63,492 nt of DNA, filler included, from Octopus bimaculoides (GCF_001194135.2; 7 parts of 7 records of this genome joined end to end with filler, not necessarily neighbours in it); one strand, 5' to 3'. Shown: positions 24,602-37,879, counted from the whole stretch's first letter. Made by a program: numbers and translations. The notes: a model not told the origin generated them from the sequence alone.

Positions 24602-26332
24602 GTCTTTACTTTAAAGACCTATTACTGAATATCTCTCTTTGAGAGATTTAGAAATAATAATATTTCTATTTATTAAATCACCAGGGTTAATTATCTAAAG
24701 ACGTCATTCACCTGAAAATAATTTATGTACGGTAGAAGTAGCCAAATTTAATTTAAAGCATACAAAATCTAATTAGAAATACCAACATGGTGAAGAGAGT
24801 ACAAAAACAGCTCAATAGTTTTATTATTTCAAGTAAGTGAAACAAAACTGAACTAGTTTCAGTCTTATTAGATCTTTGTAATAAAGCATTGACATACTGT
24901 ATTTACTAATCTAGATCTTTTCACTCGAAGCAAATAAAAGTAAACTCGACGCAAAATAAAATACTCTCAGAATAAATCGAAATTCTCTCGAAGCAAACCA
25001 TAAAAGTTTCGAAGTAGAGTAAAATTATGTCAAAGTAAATTAAAATAAAACAAAAGAATATTTTTTATAATAAAATCATACCATGAAAAATATTCCTTTT
25101 GCTTTTATCTAACAAGTCATGAATTACAGTTTAATTTTGACTAGCAACACATCTTGAACGAGTATCAAAACAGCCATCGTTTGGTTTATGGGTATTATCT
25201 GTTTTGGGAATACAAACAATTATTCCGACTTGCTTCAATGAAATCATTTCTTCATCAAAATGACTTGCATATTGTTTGTTGGAACAAAATTGATTCATAC
25301 ATTCAATACAAATGTTCGCAAAGATTTTTCAAAACGTGAGTATTCGTTTAGCCTCGCAACAATTGATTGAATATATCCATATTCTATCTTGACTTTGTCG
25401 TGAACACCTCGCCGTACACATGTGATACAGGATCTTTGCATATTTAATGATTTATTTCTTCTTAATATCATATGTTGCAGCAATGGCTTCCAAATGTTCA
25501 CTCGTGGCGGGGAGTATACACATACACAATATCAAGTGAAGACTTCTTATACAATACCCGCTTGCTTCTCTGTTCGACAAACCTTTAAACACTAGCACTT
25601 TTGGCTAAAAGCGCTGGCATTAATGTCCATGTCAAACTGTGTGTCGTCATCCGTAAGAAAACGCACCAATATAAGCCTGAGCACAGACTAAGTGAATTCA
25701 CATTCAAAATTTGGGGTTACCTCTTATCCCACTTTTTACTTGCGAGCTGCCAGTAGCTTATATACTTATATGTGTATGCATGTGTGTGCGTGTGCGAATG
25801 TGGGTGTGCAAATATGTATCAACTTTCTGCAGTAAAATGAGAACATTGTGAACATTCTTCTCTTTTATTCTAATCTAATCTCATGTAGTTCCTGTTTAAA
25901 ATTTGAAATAAAACACTATCCTATTAGGAGTTACCGGGGTATAACAAATGAATCACTTTGAAAGAGTTGTTAAGGGGGAAAAGAAAGGAAAAGAAAGAGA
26001 ATGAGTGAGAGAGGGTGGGAAATAAATTTTTTTTTTAGTTTTTTTCTTTTTCTTTCAACGAATGCTGCCCAACCTTTATTCAGACAATATACTTAAGACT
26101 ACAATAACAAATATATCCTATTTTTAAAAACATTGAGCGTGATTCGAGGGACGTTAGTTTGCTGTTTCTAATATGTTCAGTGATACTGCATAATTCCTCG
26201 TCATGGCACAGAAATACTTGGCAGCTGTATGTGACATCAAGTGACCTTTATTCATATCCTGGATTGCGGTTATATGATTTAACGAAGCGGGGATAAAGCA
26301 ATGTATTCACAGACGGGCATAACTAAATATTC

Positions 26333-27267
26333 CTGCTCCCACCCGACTTTGGATGATCATAACTTTCAGAAAAACGGATATTTTTTTATGAAATTTTCTC
26401 CAAATATGTGTTCTGTCATGTAGATTCCGAATATACAAAACTTTTGGGGAAAAGTGTTTAAGGAGGTAGGGGGAGATTTCAGAAAATTCACCAGCGTCCA
26501 CTTCAATTCGTCTAAAATTTTCAAGAAAATAGATACTTTTAAAATTTTCTACAAATATGCTTCGGACTATGTAGATTCCGAGAACATAAAAGTTTTGGGG
26601 GAAAACAATTGGGGTTACTTTTGAGGACCGTTCCCCACTTGGGGGTGTTTCGGAATAAGTCGTCCATATTTGTTACATTATCTCCTTTTGTGCGTTTGTG
26701 CATCCGTAGATTTCTAGTCCTCATATATATATACACACACACGTATATATGTAATTAAAAATGTTCAAACGAGGAATTATTCTATTCAATGTCTTTCTGT
26801 TAGAAACGTTTAGACTTTTAGCTGGTATTTTTAGCATAACGAGTTTTCTGGTGACAGCTTGATTGCCTGCTGCTTCAGTAGAAATCTACGGATGCACAAA
26901 CACACAAAACGGAGAAAATGAAATAAATATGGATGACTTGTTCCGAAACACCCCCGAGTGGGGAACGGCCCTCAATAATAATCCCCAATTGTTTTCCCCA
27001 CAAACTCCTATGTTCTCGGAATCAACACAGTCCGAGGTATATTTGTAGAAAATTTCATTAAAGAATATCTATTTTCTTGAAAGTTAAGACGAATTGAAGT
27101 GGACGCCCGTGAATCTTCCGAATTCTCCCCACTCCTAAAATACTTTCCCCCAAAAGTTTTGTATAATCGGAATCTACATGATATAACACATATTCGTAGA
27201 AAATTCCATTAAAAAATATCCATTTTTCTGAAAGTCATGATCATCCAAAGTCGGTGGTGGGGTGCAG
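26333..27267. mobile_element. Foldback-like structure: about 385-bp inverted arms with internal subrepeats, about 160-bp spacer
   Basis: 26333-26716 is the diverged reverse complement of 26879-27267 (CCGACTTTGGATGATCAT...CATCCGTAGATTTCTA). ATGTAGATTCCGA..TTTTGGGG unit occurs twice per arm. Confidence 0.85.
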
Positions 27268-27269
27268 AA

Positions 27270-28160
27270 GTCTGTAGTCAGGCCCACAGACGTAACTTCC
27301 AACACGCGAATCTCCAATGCCTTCCTCTCAGTCTCAGCGAGACGCGTTACTCTTTATAAGGGTCCACCTTTTAATCACAGGGGGGGGGGTGTTAATGTCT
27401 ATCATCACAACATCTCCCTTTCTGAGATTGACTTCCGTTAAAAGTGAATAAATATTTTTTTTTTATTCTTCACATTGCATCTCCCTTTTAGAGATTTACT
27501 TTCCGCTGAAGCTTAATATTTTTTCCGTTTTAGAACTACATCCAACAATTCCATATGTTTTTTTTTTGTGCTGGTACGCCTTGGTTCGACGATGACTTGC
27601 AGAGTTGGCACATCAAAAATATCGTAGAGAATGTCTATGGGTACTTCTTTCTTTGTAACCCTTTCTTCAGTAAACTTTCTTTTCAGCTAATTCATGTCTT
27701 TTATGTTTCCATTTCGAACCTTTCACCATGTGTGTCATTTTATCGATCCGTTATATTATTACGCCGTCTTTCCAACTTTCTTTTCCATATCTGTACACTC
27801 TGGAAGAGCACCTTTTCACCAGATTTTGGTCGATTTTTTTGTGTTTTCCCCAGTTTTTATTTTCTTCCAGGTAATAGTTTGTCAAAAACTGACCTAATTT
27901 TTCTTGCGAAAATCAGTTCAGCAAACTACATACCTGAAGGCGTATTTGGGTTTGGTGTTATACGGTAAACTCTCAGTAATTGTTGCAATGCTACATCATC
28001 TACTACCTCATTTCTGGATTTCTCTATTAAAATTTTAAATGCTGATCGTTTGTGTGTTCGAAAACTGTAGATATGTAAGTTTCTTAACTTATTTTGAGGG
28101 AAATTTAAATTACACACCGGAAATTGTAGACATTCCAGTCTTTGAGAGTTATTTTCAGCT
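27270..28160 (-). mobile_element. Ty3/Gypsy LTR retrotransposon 3' end: integrase C-terminus, PPT, start of 3' LTR
   Basis: LQQLLRVYRITPNPNTPSGM...ELIFARKIRSVFDKLLPG...YRYGKESW..G.I...HKRH. PPT AGAAAGGGAGA is directly followed by TGTTGTG at 27412. Confidence 0.85.
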
Positions 28161-29312
28161 GATCCCAAATTCCAAACCTATATCCCTACCACACTTCTGG
28201 ACTGTTTTAGTTAAGGAATCGATCTGTTTTCCAGATTTCCCAAACAATTTCAGGTCATCCATAAACAAAAGACGGTTCAATGATGGGCCTTTCTTCCCAC
28301 ATCGATAACTCATCTTAACTTCCCTTAGTGTTATTGTTGTGGGTATTAGTGAAATTACAAAAAGTAACGGAAAAATTGAGTTACCTTGGAAGATTCCCCT
28401 TTTAATTTTAACTTCTCCAAGGAATACATTACTTGAGTACAATTTGGTTTTCCACTCTTTCATGCTATGCATCAGAAAATTTGTGATGTCAGCAACACCA
28501 AACAACTGCAGACATTCAACTATCCAAGAATGAGGCGTGTCATATGCGTTGTTAAAGTCAATCCAAGCCAGAGACATGTTTGTATGATGCTTTTTACAAT
28601 GCCTCAAAATTGTTTTATTGATGACCAGGTGATCCTTGGTACTCTGAGAACTCTTCCTACATCTTTTTTGTTCCCTTGGTAGTATTTCTTCCTGTGCCAG
28701 GAAAGTGTATGTCTTTGCCACACATATTCCAGTGAGCATCTTCCAGATAATGTTTAAGCACTCTATGGGACGGTAGTTTCTCACAGTACTCCCCTTTCTT
28801 CTATCTTTCATTACAAGTGTTGTCGCTCCAATCACTATCCACGCAGGGACTGTACTCATTCAATTTCTGGACACACTCATTCAATTGGGCTGCTAGTCTT
28901 TTATGCACCGCGTGGCATCTCTTCAGCCAGAAGCCATGAATCCCATCTGGTCCGGAGGCTTTCCAATTAGGCACTTTACCCACTTGTTCTTTCACATCAC
29001 CCATGCTTATGACAATATTCCTTTGTTTCTTTCTTTCTTGTAATTCTGCCTTGATAGTTCCTATCCACATTTCATCCCTTTTATGCATCACATTGTTTCC
29101 CCATAATCCGTTCCAGAACTCCTTGGCTTGATTTGCATCAGGAAGAATTGCGTCGGGTTATTTTTGAACAATCTGTTCTCCTCGAACTATTTATTTCTCT
29201 TCACAAATCTTCTGACCTTCTGGAATTTTGCCATGATCCTCTGTTTTAACTGTTCTATTACTGAATCAAACCCGTTCTTCCGTATTTTATATTTCTTCTC
29301 TAATTTTCTTCT
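28155..29312 (-). mobile_element. R4/Dong-like LINE RT fragment
   Basis: KASGPDGIHGFWLK; ORF 28155..28859 NYRPIECLN...EQK.C...WIDFNNAYD...KRGIFQGNS..PLLFVI...LLFMDDLKL. Confidence 0.92.
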
Positions 29313-29316
29313 CTAA

Positions 29317-29401
<85 letters not shown>

Positions 29402-30035
29402 TAGTTTTATTTTTATAACGTGCTTTCACTTCACTACCAAGCTCAGCTCTGTGTGCCTTGGGTATGTGCTGTGGTTTGCTGTGATGCTCTTGTGGTTACT
29501 GTATTGAAAGTGTTTTGCGTAGGATGTGTTCAGTGCCCAGTAGTGCAATTTTCTATATGTTATATATATTTGTAAGTCCTGGTGTTTTTGTTATGTATTT
29601 GTTAGAATTTTTTTATCATGCCTAAGGCGCCTACTATGATACAAATTGTTTCTGTTTTTAGATTCCACATTCGAGTTACCTCTATATCCAGGTCTTTGTA
29701 TTTTGAAAGTTTCTCCATTTCTTCTAGGGAAGCATTGTCATCTGCTGGTATCGATACATCAATTAGAAAGCATTTTTTTTCTTCATGATCTTTTACAACT
29801 ATATCTGGCCTATTGACCTTAATTTCTCTATCTGTGTGTATTGGCATATCCCAGAGTATGGTTGCTTTCTCGTTTTCTGTGACATTTTCTGGCATGTGCC
29901 TATACCATCTTTTTTCTGTTGTTATTCCATAGTGTTGGCATAGCTTCCAGCTCTGTCGTGTCTGTGAATATATTCCTTCTTAGCCAGGACTGGGCAGCCA
30001 GAGATAATTTGATTTATTGTTTCTTGTCCATCGCC
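29313..30035 (-). mobile_element. Family A R4/Dong-like LINE 3' end with long (AAT)n tail
   Basis: HIISGCP.LA...Y..RH; ORF 29602..29895 ILWDMPIHTDREIKVNRPDIVVKD...KYKDLDIE. 3' UTR matches 204-300; tail at about 29320-29399. Confidence 0.92.
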
Positions 30036-30187
30036 NNNNNNNNNNNNNNNNNNNNNNNNNNNNNNNNNNNNNNNNNNNNTTAATTAATTAANNNNNNNNN
30101 NNNNNNNNNNNNNNNNNNNNNNNNNNNNNNNNNNNTAATGAGATAAAAAAAACAAAGGCTGTGTATATTTTAGAACATTTATAAATA

Positions 30188-30238
30188 AGTCTTACAGCTG
30201 TTTCCAGAATATTTATTATGTCCCTTCATTGGAGAGTA
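30188..30238 (-). ncRNA. Decayed hammerhead motif of the ACAGCUGU family
   Basis: Minus strand TTTACTCT-CCAATGA-AGGGACAT...TTCTG-GAAACAGCTGTA-AGAC; same context as 8052-8172. Confidence 0.4.
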
Positions 30239-30384
30239 AATTGGAGGAACGACAATAGATGTGAGATATGCATATATATATATATACATACATACATACA
30301 TACATACACGTGTCCTATGTGTCATGTGGATGATATTTTCAACCGAGACGTTGCAACCGTATCTGATTTGCAAAGTGCTTATTT

Positions 30385-31420
30385 TTGATTACGCAAAAGG
30401 TCTTTGATAGCGTTGAGATGAACGCTGTGTTCAAATCCTTAGAAATGCAAGGTGCCGAGGTGCAGTACATTAAACCGCTCAGAGATACAAACTATGGATG
30501 CACAGCAGATATAGATCCACTATCACCTCTAGTAAGATTCCCGATTGAGAAGGGCGTCAGACAAGGAAATGTTTGGGAGTGGACATGTCCGGATAAGTAG
30601 CGTGAACATCAACGAAGAGCAACTAACACACTTTCCATTCACAGATGACCTTGTACTCATTGCTGAAACGACAGACCAGCTGCATACCATGTTGATAGAG
30701 CTGAACACTCATGGCTTAGCAGTAGGCCGTAAAATGAACCGCATGTATGCGGTCCGAAAACGTTGCACAAGGCCGAATAGAGGTGGGATGCAACGAAATC
30801 GTGGAAGTAAAGAAGTACGTCTTTTTATGGCACACAATGAATATGTGCCGAGGTATGGATACTGAAATCTCAAAGAGAATAAGGGCAGGATGGCAGGCGT
30901 TTAACTCAATAAAGGATGTGCTCAAAACAAAGATAGACAATACCATACGTGCCAGAATCTCCAATAGTACCGTCCAGCCTACGCTCTTATGTACGTGTGA
31001 GACGTGGGATACTACGAAGAGGATAGAACAGCGTAGTATCCCACGTCTCACACGTACATAAGAGGATAGAACATCGAGATACAACAAAAGGACATGGAAA
31101 GATCCATGCGAGGAATATTATTACGAGAGCATATTCGAAATGAGATCATAAGAACGGTGTGTAGTGAACGATGTGATCGCCGAATACCGAAACCACAGTT
31201 TCCATTGGGCCGAACATGTTGCAAGGCTCACAGACAACAGGTGGACCCGTGAAATTGCCGAGTGTCATCCTAAAGATTAGAAAAGGTCACTTGGAAGGCT
31301 TTAAGGACAATGGGGAAACGATTTATTGAAGTGATTTGGGTCAAGTTGGAAATGAATGGCGCAATCAAGACAGAACTAAAAGTGCATTGTGACCAGTAGT
31401 GTGCAATACCATCTGATGAT
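30385..31420 (+). mobile_element. Degraded RTE-1-like LINE (RT to 3' end)
   Basis: KVFDSVE.NAV...KGVRQG; FTDDLVLIA...L.TML.EL; VKKYVFL...EISKRIRAGW.AF; WAEHVARL.DNRW. Confidence 0.85.
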
Positions 31421-31429
31421 CTGGTCGAT

Positions 31430-33870
31430 ACTGCAATACTGCGATACAGTGATATACATCCATACTACAAGTTCAGGTTTATACCTGTAATTATCGGAAC
31501 CCTGGGATATGTAACACACTACCTAAATACCAATCTTGAGAAATTAGGCTTCTCAAAACCAGAAAGGAGAAAGCTAATTCGTAGACTACAAATCCAGTCC
31601 AGCGCTGGAACTGTAAAAATCTGTAAAACTTTCCAGAAGTTTATCATTTAAATGTATATGAGCATATCTAGATATGCAACTATATGTATGAGAACACATA
31701 CATAAAGCACAACATACAAGTCTGCACACATACATACACACATACATACATACATACATACATACATACATACATACGTGATGATGGCCGTCCACTCGTG
31801 ACCGAGGAAGACCATTGCCGACCTTCAAGAACATTGTGCGCTCTAGGACTAACTTATATTTTGCACTTGCGGCTCCGTTGGTGGCTAATGAGCCCTGCTC
31901 TTGACATGCATACACGACTGCAAACATTGCAGACCAAGCTTTCCACATTCACTATACAAGCTGTGCGCTTTCGCGCAGCTTGCTTAAGTTCTTCATGCTG
32001 GATACGTGCTCTCTCAAAAGTGTCGATCCCCTCCTTAACCTGCTTCCTCCATCTGTGGCGATGACAAACATTGTTCTCCCAGTCAGTGTCCTGCATATCA
32101 CAGGCCTTTAATNNNNNNNNNNNNNNNNNNNNNNNNNNNNNNNNNNNNNNNNNNNNNNNNNNNNNNNNNNNNNNNNNNNNNNNNNNNNNNNNNNNNNNNN
32201 NNNNNNNNNNNNNNNNNNNNNNNNNNNNNNNNNNNNNNNNNNNNNNNNNNNNNNNNNNNNNNNNNNNNNNNNNNNNNNNNNNNNNNNNNNNNNNNNNNNN
32301 NNNNNNNNNNNNNNNNNNNNNNNNNNNNNNNNNNNNNNNNNNNNNNNNNNNNNNNNNNNNNNNNNNNNNNNNNNNNNNNNNNNNNNNNNNNNNNNNNNNN
32401 NNNNNNNNNNNNNNNNNNNNNNNNNNNNNNNNNNNNNNNNNNNNNNNNNNNNNNNNNNNNNNNNNNNNNNNNNNNNNNNNNNNNNNNNNNNNNNNNNNNN
32501 NNNNNNNNNNNNNNNNNNNNNNNNNNNNNNNNNNNNNNNNNNNNNNNNNNNNNNNNNNNNNNNNNNNNNNNNNNNNNNNNNNNNNNNNNNNNNNNNNNNN
32601 NNNNNNNNNNNNNNNNNNNNNNNNNNNNNNNNNNNNNNNNNNNNNNNNNNNNNNNNNNNNNNNNNNNNNNNNNNNNNNNNNNNNNNNNNNNNNNNNNNNN
32701 NNNNNNNNNNNNNNNNNNNNNNNNNNNNNNNNNNNNNNNNNNNNNNNNNNNNNNNNNNNNNNNNNNNNNNNNNNNNNNNAGAAATGCAATTCATGAGTAT
32801 TTGCATGTCATCCACTGTATGAGTGACTAAGTCACAGTCATCTGCATAAAGGAGGTCACGAATTATAGACTGGAGAACCTTTGAATTGGCAGCAAATCGG
32901 CGAAGATTAAAGAGGCGGCCAGAAGATCGATATCTGACATATATTCCCAGAGAGATAACCTTAGCAAAAACATGAGTTAAAGCAGCAGCAAAGTACAAAG
33001 AAAAGAGAGTTGGGGCAAGGATGTCACCCTGCTTGACACCATTCTCTACAGGAGTGGGTCCCGCCATGCCACCACCAACATTGACCCAAGCCTCCATCCC
33101 ATCATGAAATGATTTAATTAAAGATACAAAGTGATCCGGACATCCAAGTTTGCCAAGTATTTTCCATAGAAAGGCCCTATTAACAGTATCAAAGGCATTT
33201 GTTAAATCAATGAATACCTGGACAAGGTCCATATTCTGCTCATAGCACTCCTCCTGCATCTGTCTTGCTGTGAAAATCATATCCATTGTCCCTCTACCAG
33301 ATCGGAAGCCACATTGAGATTCAGATAGGACATCATTTACGAGACACCCATTCAGACGGGTAAGAAAAATATTTGCCATAACCTTGCCAGCAGCTGATAG
33401 TAGAGCAATACCTCTGTAGTTACCACACATTGTTCTGGCTCCTTTTCCTTTATTCAGAGGAAGAATAATTGCATCCTTCCAGTCCTTAGGGATTGCACCA
33501 TCTCTCCAGACTGCACTAATAAGTTCATGAAGGGACTGTGTGATGTAATTACCACCAAATCGCAAGACCTCAGCACAAATTCCATCCTTTCCAGGTGCCC
33601 TACCAAGATTCAATTTACTTATTGATGTCATTACTTCATCTATTGAGGGCGAGGAGTCTAAGGAGCCAATGATAGGTCTTACATACATACATACATACAT
33701 ACATACAAACAAAAATATCCTGTTATTGATGTTGAAATTCCAATGAAGAAGCCTTGAATCTAGGTTAGAAACCGGCTCTTTCTCTATTGGCAAGAAATCT
33801 TGAAATAAAACTGAACAATGACATACATACATACATACATACATACATACATACATACATACATACATAC
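31430..33870 (+). mobile_element. Family B RLE LINE 3' end, split by a nested RTE (pieces 31430-31776 and 33681-33870)
   Basis: IPVIIGTLGYVTH.L.TNLEKLGF...RKLIRRLQIQS..GTVKICKTFQKFII*. The distal 3' UTR at 33707-33822 matches 39100-39210, where it is contiguous with the same ORF end. Confidence 0.8.
31777..33680 (-). mobile_element. 5'-truncated RTE (BovB-like) LINE with open RT and terminal C2H2 finger
   Basis: LDSSPSIDEV...APGKDGI...NYRGIALLS...ESQCGFRSGRGT.DMIF...NGVKQGDILAPTLF...LLYADD (32780-33680); C-terminus CNVCSRVCMSRAGLISHQR*; gap 32113-32779. Confidence 0.93.
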
Positions 33871-33921
33871 GAATGTTGTGCCGGAAGCAATTTAAAAGTG
33901 GGAATAACTTTTTCATTAAGT

Positions 33922-34700
33922 GACGTAGGTTGTTCAAATTGCACTTTTTGGTAGAATAACTCTTCCTCTGTGATGCATTTTTACTATTGTTGAACCGAAC
34001 TCTGTCCGTTGTTCACGGTGTTACCACATTCCAGATATTCAAGGAGAATTACGTTCTAGTCATCTCCCAAAACAAGTTACCACGACTTTCTGTACCGATC
34101 GCTGGCTCATGAATATTGAAGACCCTGGAGAAAAGATGTAACGTCGTTTCATGGACTGAGCCTTCATTTCTGTGACTAGAGCAGAAAAAATAAGTCCTGA
34201 TTGGCGTCAAGCGCTTTCAGAAGATCAGAGCAGACTTCCAGCCTTCTCCTCTTCAAATCAATTTCTGAGATATCCACTTTGTACACCCTTTCTGATACCC
34301 CAAACCTTTCACCACCTTCTGTAATGCATTGTAACCACAGTATCAAACTCACATGTTTTGGCTCGTTTTCTTTTTCGTTCATTCGCCGGTGATTTGTGTC
34401 AGTAGTCGCAGCTGATGGTTATTCACTGAATGGTTCGTTTTCAATACTGGTTTCCCCTTCTTTAAACTTCATCCTTCTGTGCACATTGTACTTATCAGTG
34501 GGTGGGGTCATGTCAGCAAACGATCTTCAGACATCAGTGGTTGTCGGATAGCCTGTAACTCACTTTCATCAATAACCAAATAACGGTATGTTGCTTCTGC
34601 TTGGAACTCATTAATTGCCTGTAATGAAGAACAGGAAGAAGGGTTATTAGAGAGAAAGAATTATTTTACCAAACGTGTGAAATTTGAACAACCTTTGTCA
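33922..34700 (-). mobile_element. Internally deleted mariner element with TIRs
   Basis: AGGTTGTTCAAATTGCACTTTTTGGTAGAATAACTC (about 33927) versus the reverse complement near 34655-34694. Remnants LGYQKGCTKWI, KVVVTCF, VILLEYLE.GNTVN. Confidence 0.75.
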
Positions 34701-34799
34701 GTTAATAAAAAAATTATGTCCTCTTTTCCATTAATTTACTTATATACATACATATATGTATGTATGAATATGTGTGTGTGTATATATATATATATATGC

Positions 34800-34875
<76 letters not shown>

Positions 34876-36123
34876 GTGTATCATATTGGGCATATAAAAC
34901 GATTTTTAAGAGGTGTGTGTATGTACATATACGCGCGCACACAGTCATCGACATGCAAAAGTATATTATTAGCTCAGCTAACCTTTCTACTTTTCTCAGC
35001 ATGGGAACTGTAATACTCCACTTTCCTTTATTAATCAGATGCTATGTAGAGAATATATTTAAATAACTGCAATATGAAATTGGTTAATAGACTAATTGAC
35101 TTGCCAGTCGTTTGTTGAACCAAACATGCAAAAGTGAAATGCTGCGCCCTAAATACATACTCATGGAAACACACATACACACGCGCGCGCGCGCGCACGC
35201 ACACACACACACACAAACACACATGCACACATACACATGCATGCATGCACACAGATATGCTCTTTCTTTCTGTCTCTCTCTCTCTCTCTCTCACACACAC
35301 GCATACACAAGAAGTGACAAAGATCGTTCTACCTCCGTTTTCCTGTTACAGTACGTGATTATGCCAATGCACATACATACATAAATACATACATACATAC
35401 ATACATATGTATATGCATTTCTGTCTGTATGTACGTACGTATGTATGTATGTACGTACGTATGTATGCACACATACTTCTTGAGTGTTGTTTCTGTCTTT
35501 CAGTTGGCGTTGGTACCACCCAACCGTCCGAGAGGTTCAATGATTTCCATTTAATCATTGATGCCATCATGATGCCAACCGTTGAAATATTTAATCCGTA
35601 TTAGCTCAGTCTGCTTAGCTGTAATATAACAATGGTGTGTACCAGCTATTGTTGTTGTTGTTGTTGAAGTTTTTGCTTAGACCTTGTCATCTCTGCTATA
35701 GTAGATGTATGAAATCCCAGTCACGATCTTTTATGATATTTCAAACATTGACTGTCTAGGCCCATAATGTCCAATGTGTCTTTCCGTTTTTTTTTCTTTC
35801 TGACGGCATGTAGGTTTTCATGGAAAATTGCTATTTCTAGATTAGATCAAATGACCTCGTAGAAACTCCCGTGTTGGACCGATAACATACAATGTTGTAC
35901 CGAAATGGCATACTGAATATAGTAGTACTGTACGCTGACCGTTGACCATCATTTTGGTAGTTTAGTTCTGGTTTATGCATGTGTATAAATACTTTTATAA
36001 AGAGAAGCATCTTCGCATTACGATTACAAAAGTTGAAAGTGTGAAAATTGTAACTGATGACCACTAACTTCAGTAGACAGCTTGTTTTTCCGTCCTCACA
36101 GAAACTCAGGTAAATTGTAACGA

Positions 36124-36155
<32 letters not shown>

Positions 36156-37426
36156 NNNNNNNNNNNNNNNNNNNNNNNNNNNNNNNNNNNNNNNNNNNNN
36201 NNNNNNNNNNNNNNNNNNNNNNNNNNNNNNNNNNNNNNNNNNNNNNNNNNNNNNNNNNNNNNNNNNNNNNNNNNNNNNNNNNNNNNNNNNNNNNNNNNNN
36301 NNNNNNNNNNNNNNNNNNNNNNNNNNNNNNNNNNNNNNNNNNNNNNNNNNNNNNNNNNNNNNNNNNNNNNNNNNNNNNNNNNNNNNNNNNNNNNNNNNNN
36401 NNNNNNNNNNNNNNNNNNNNNNNNNNNNNNNNNNNNNNNNNNNNNNNNNNNNNNNNNNNNNNNNNNNNNNNNNNNNNNNNNNNNNNNNNNNNNNNNNNNN
36501 NNNNNNNNNNNNNNNNNNNNNNNNNNNNNNNNNNNNNNNNNNNNNNNNNNNNTATATATATCCATATATACATACATACTTACATATATATGTATATATG
36601 TGTGCATATATGTGTACAGGACGTCACAAAACGTAAACCACATGAAATACGAAAGCAAAACTGGGTATGCGAACAACGAGAGAAACAAATGGAAAAAAAG
36701 ACAAGTAACACAAAGAACGACCCTTCATCAGTTGTCGGCTGTTTATCTACTCCACATTTCGAGCAATTCACGACAATATGTGGCTTCGAAAAACAGTTGC
36801 TCCCGCGAACCAAAATAAAATTTAGGATCTGCGGAGGGTCAAAGTTGGTAACAAAAACAGGACAGTGGAGACATACAACAAACCAAACGAAAACAAACAT
36901 GGAGGGCCATTAGGTCAGATGAGGTAAGGTAACGAACGCTGGAGGAATATTCTTTGATAAGAGAAAAGATAGGAGAGGAAACAGATAAGAATATATCTGG
37001 TCTGTGCGAAAGACTGAAGGAAAAGAAAGATTATCACGTGAGAAAAAGAAAGATGGACGATGGTCACATGTGAGCAACGATAGAGAGTAAAGGAGGAAGA
37101 GGGAGAGAGAGCGAGAGAGAGAGATACAGACAGATAGAAAACGGTGAAGGAAAGAAAAAAGAATTAGAGAAAGGATGAGACAAAAAAACGAAAGGGGGAG
37201 AAGGGGAGAAGGGGAGAAAAAAGAATTAGAGAAAGGAAGAGAAAGAAAACGAAAGGGGGAGAGAGAGAACAGTACAGGGTAGAGTCGCATCAAAAGTATT
37301 AAGATAAACTTACTTGGAAATGGATGCGTAGTGTTCAATCATATAATAATATAAATAGGAAAAGAATATATATGCATATATACATACATATATGTACATA
37401 CATTCATATATATATATATATATATA

Positions 37427-37746
37427 CTAGCAGAAATACCCGGCTTTGCCCGGGTTAAAGAGAATAATGAAATCTAAAAACGCCGTCTAGACTACGCAAC
37501 CCTCAACTGTTAGTAGCTACGATACCATATTTCTACATTAATAACTCTCCAATCCATGCCAGCATGGAACATAGACATTAAGTGGAATGCCAGTCTCTCA
37601 TCTAGGAGGGCCTTGAAATCAATGTTACCAACTGGGGACTATGTGTGTCGCAGTGATAATAAAAAGACCCAAAGGAGGTCTGCAACGAAATAATTTTACT
37701 CAACACTTTGCAAGTGAAATCAGTGGAGGCAAAGATGCGTCTCATT
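37427..37746 (-). mobile_element. Helitron 3' terminus (non-autonomous), running into a gap
   Basis: Minus strand ACCCGG-GCAAAG-CCGGGT hairpin (37438-55), then ATTTCTG-CTAG|T. Confidence 0.8.
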
Positions 37747-37879
37747 NNNNNNNNNNNNNNNNNNNNNNNNNNNNNNNNNNNNNNNNNNNNTTAATTAATT
37801 AANNNNNNNNNNNNNNNNNNNNNNNNNNNNNNNNNNNNNNNNNNNNAGTGGATAAAGGTAAACTTAACAGCAAATAGCT

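Noticed and set aside
32108-33937. 609-aa ORF as a single gene
   Set aside because: Chimera of flanking DNA, (TATG)n, an antisense family B 3' UTR, RTE RT and an N-gap.
36093-36116. 8-nt micro-exon (CACAG|AAACTCAG|GTAAAT)
   Set aside because: Splice-like motifs alone are frequent by chance; no supporting neighbouring exons.
36715-36775. Type II hammerhead (GAAA...CTGATGA on the minus strand)
   Set aside because: Stems II and III cannot be formed.
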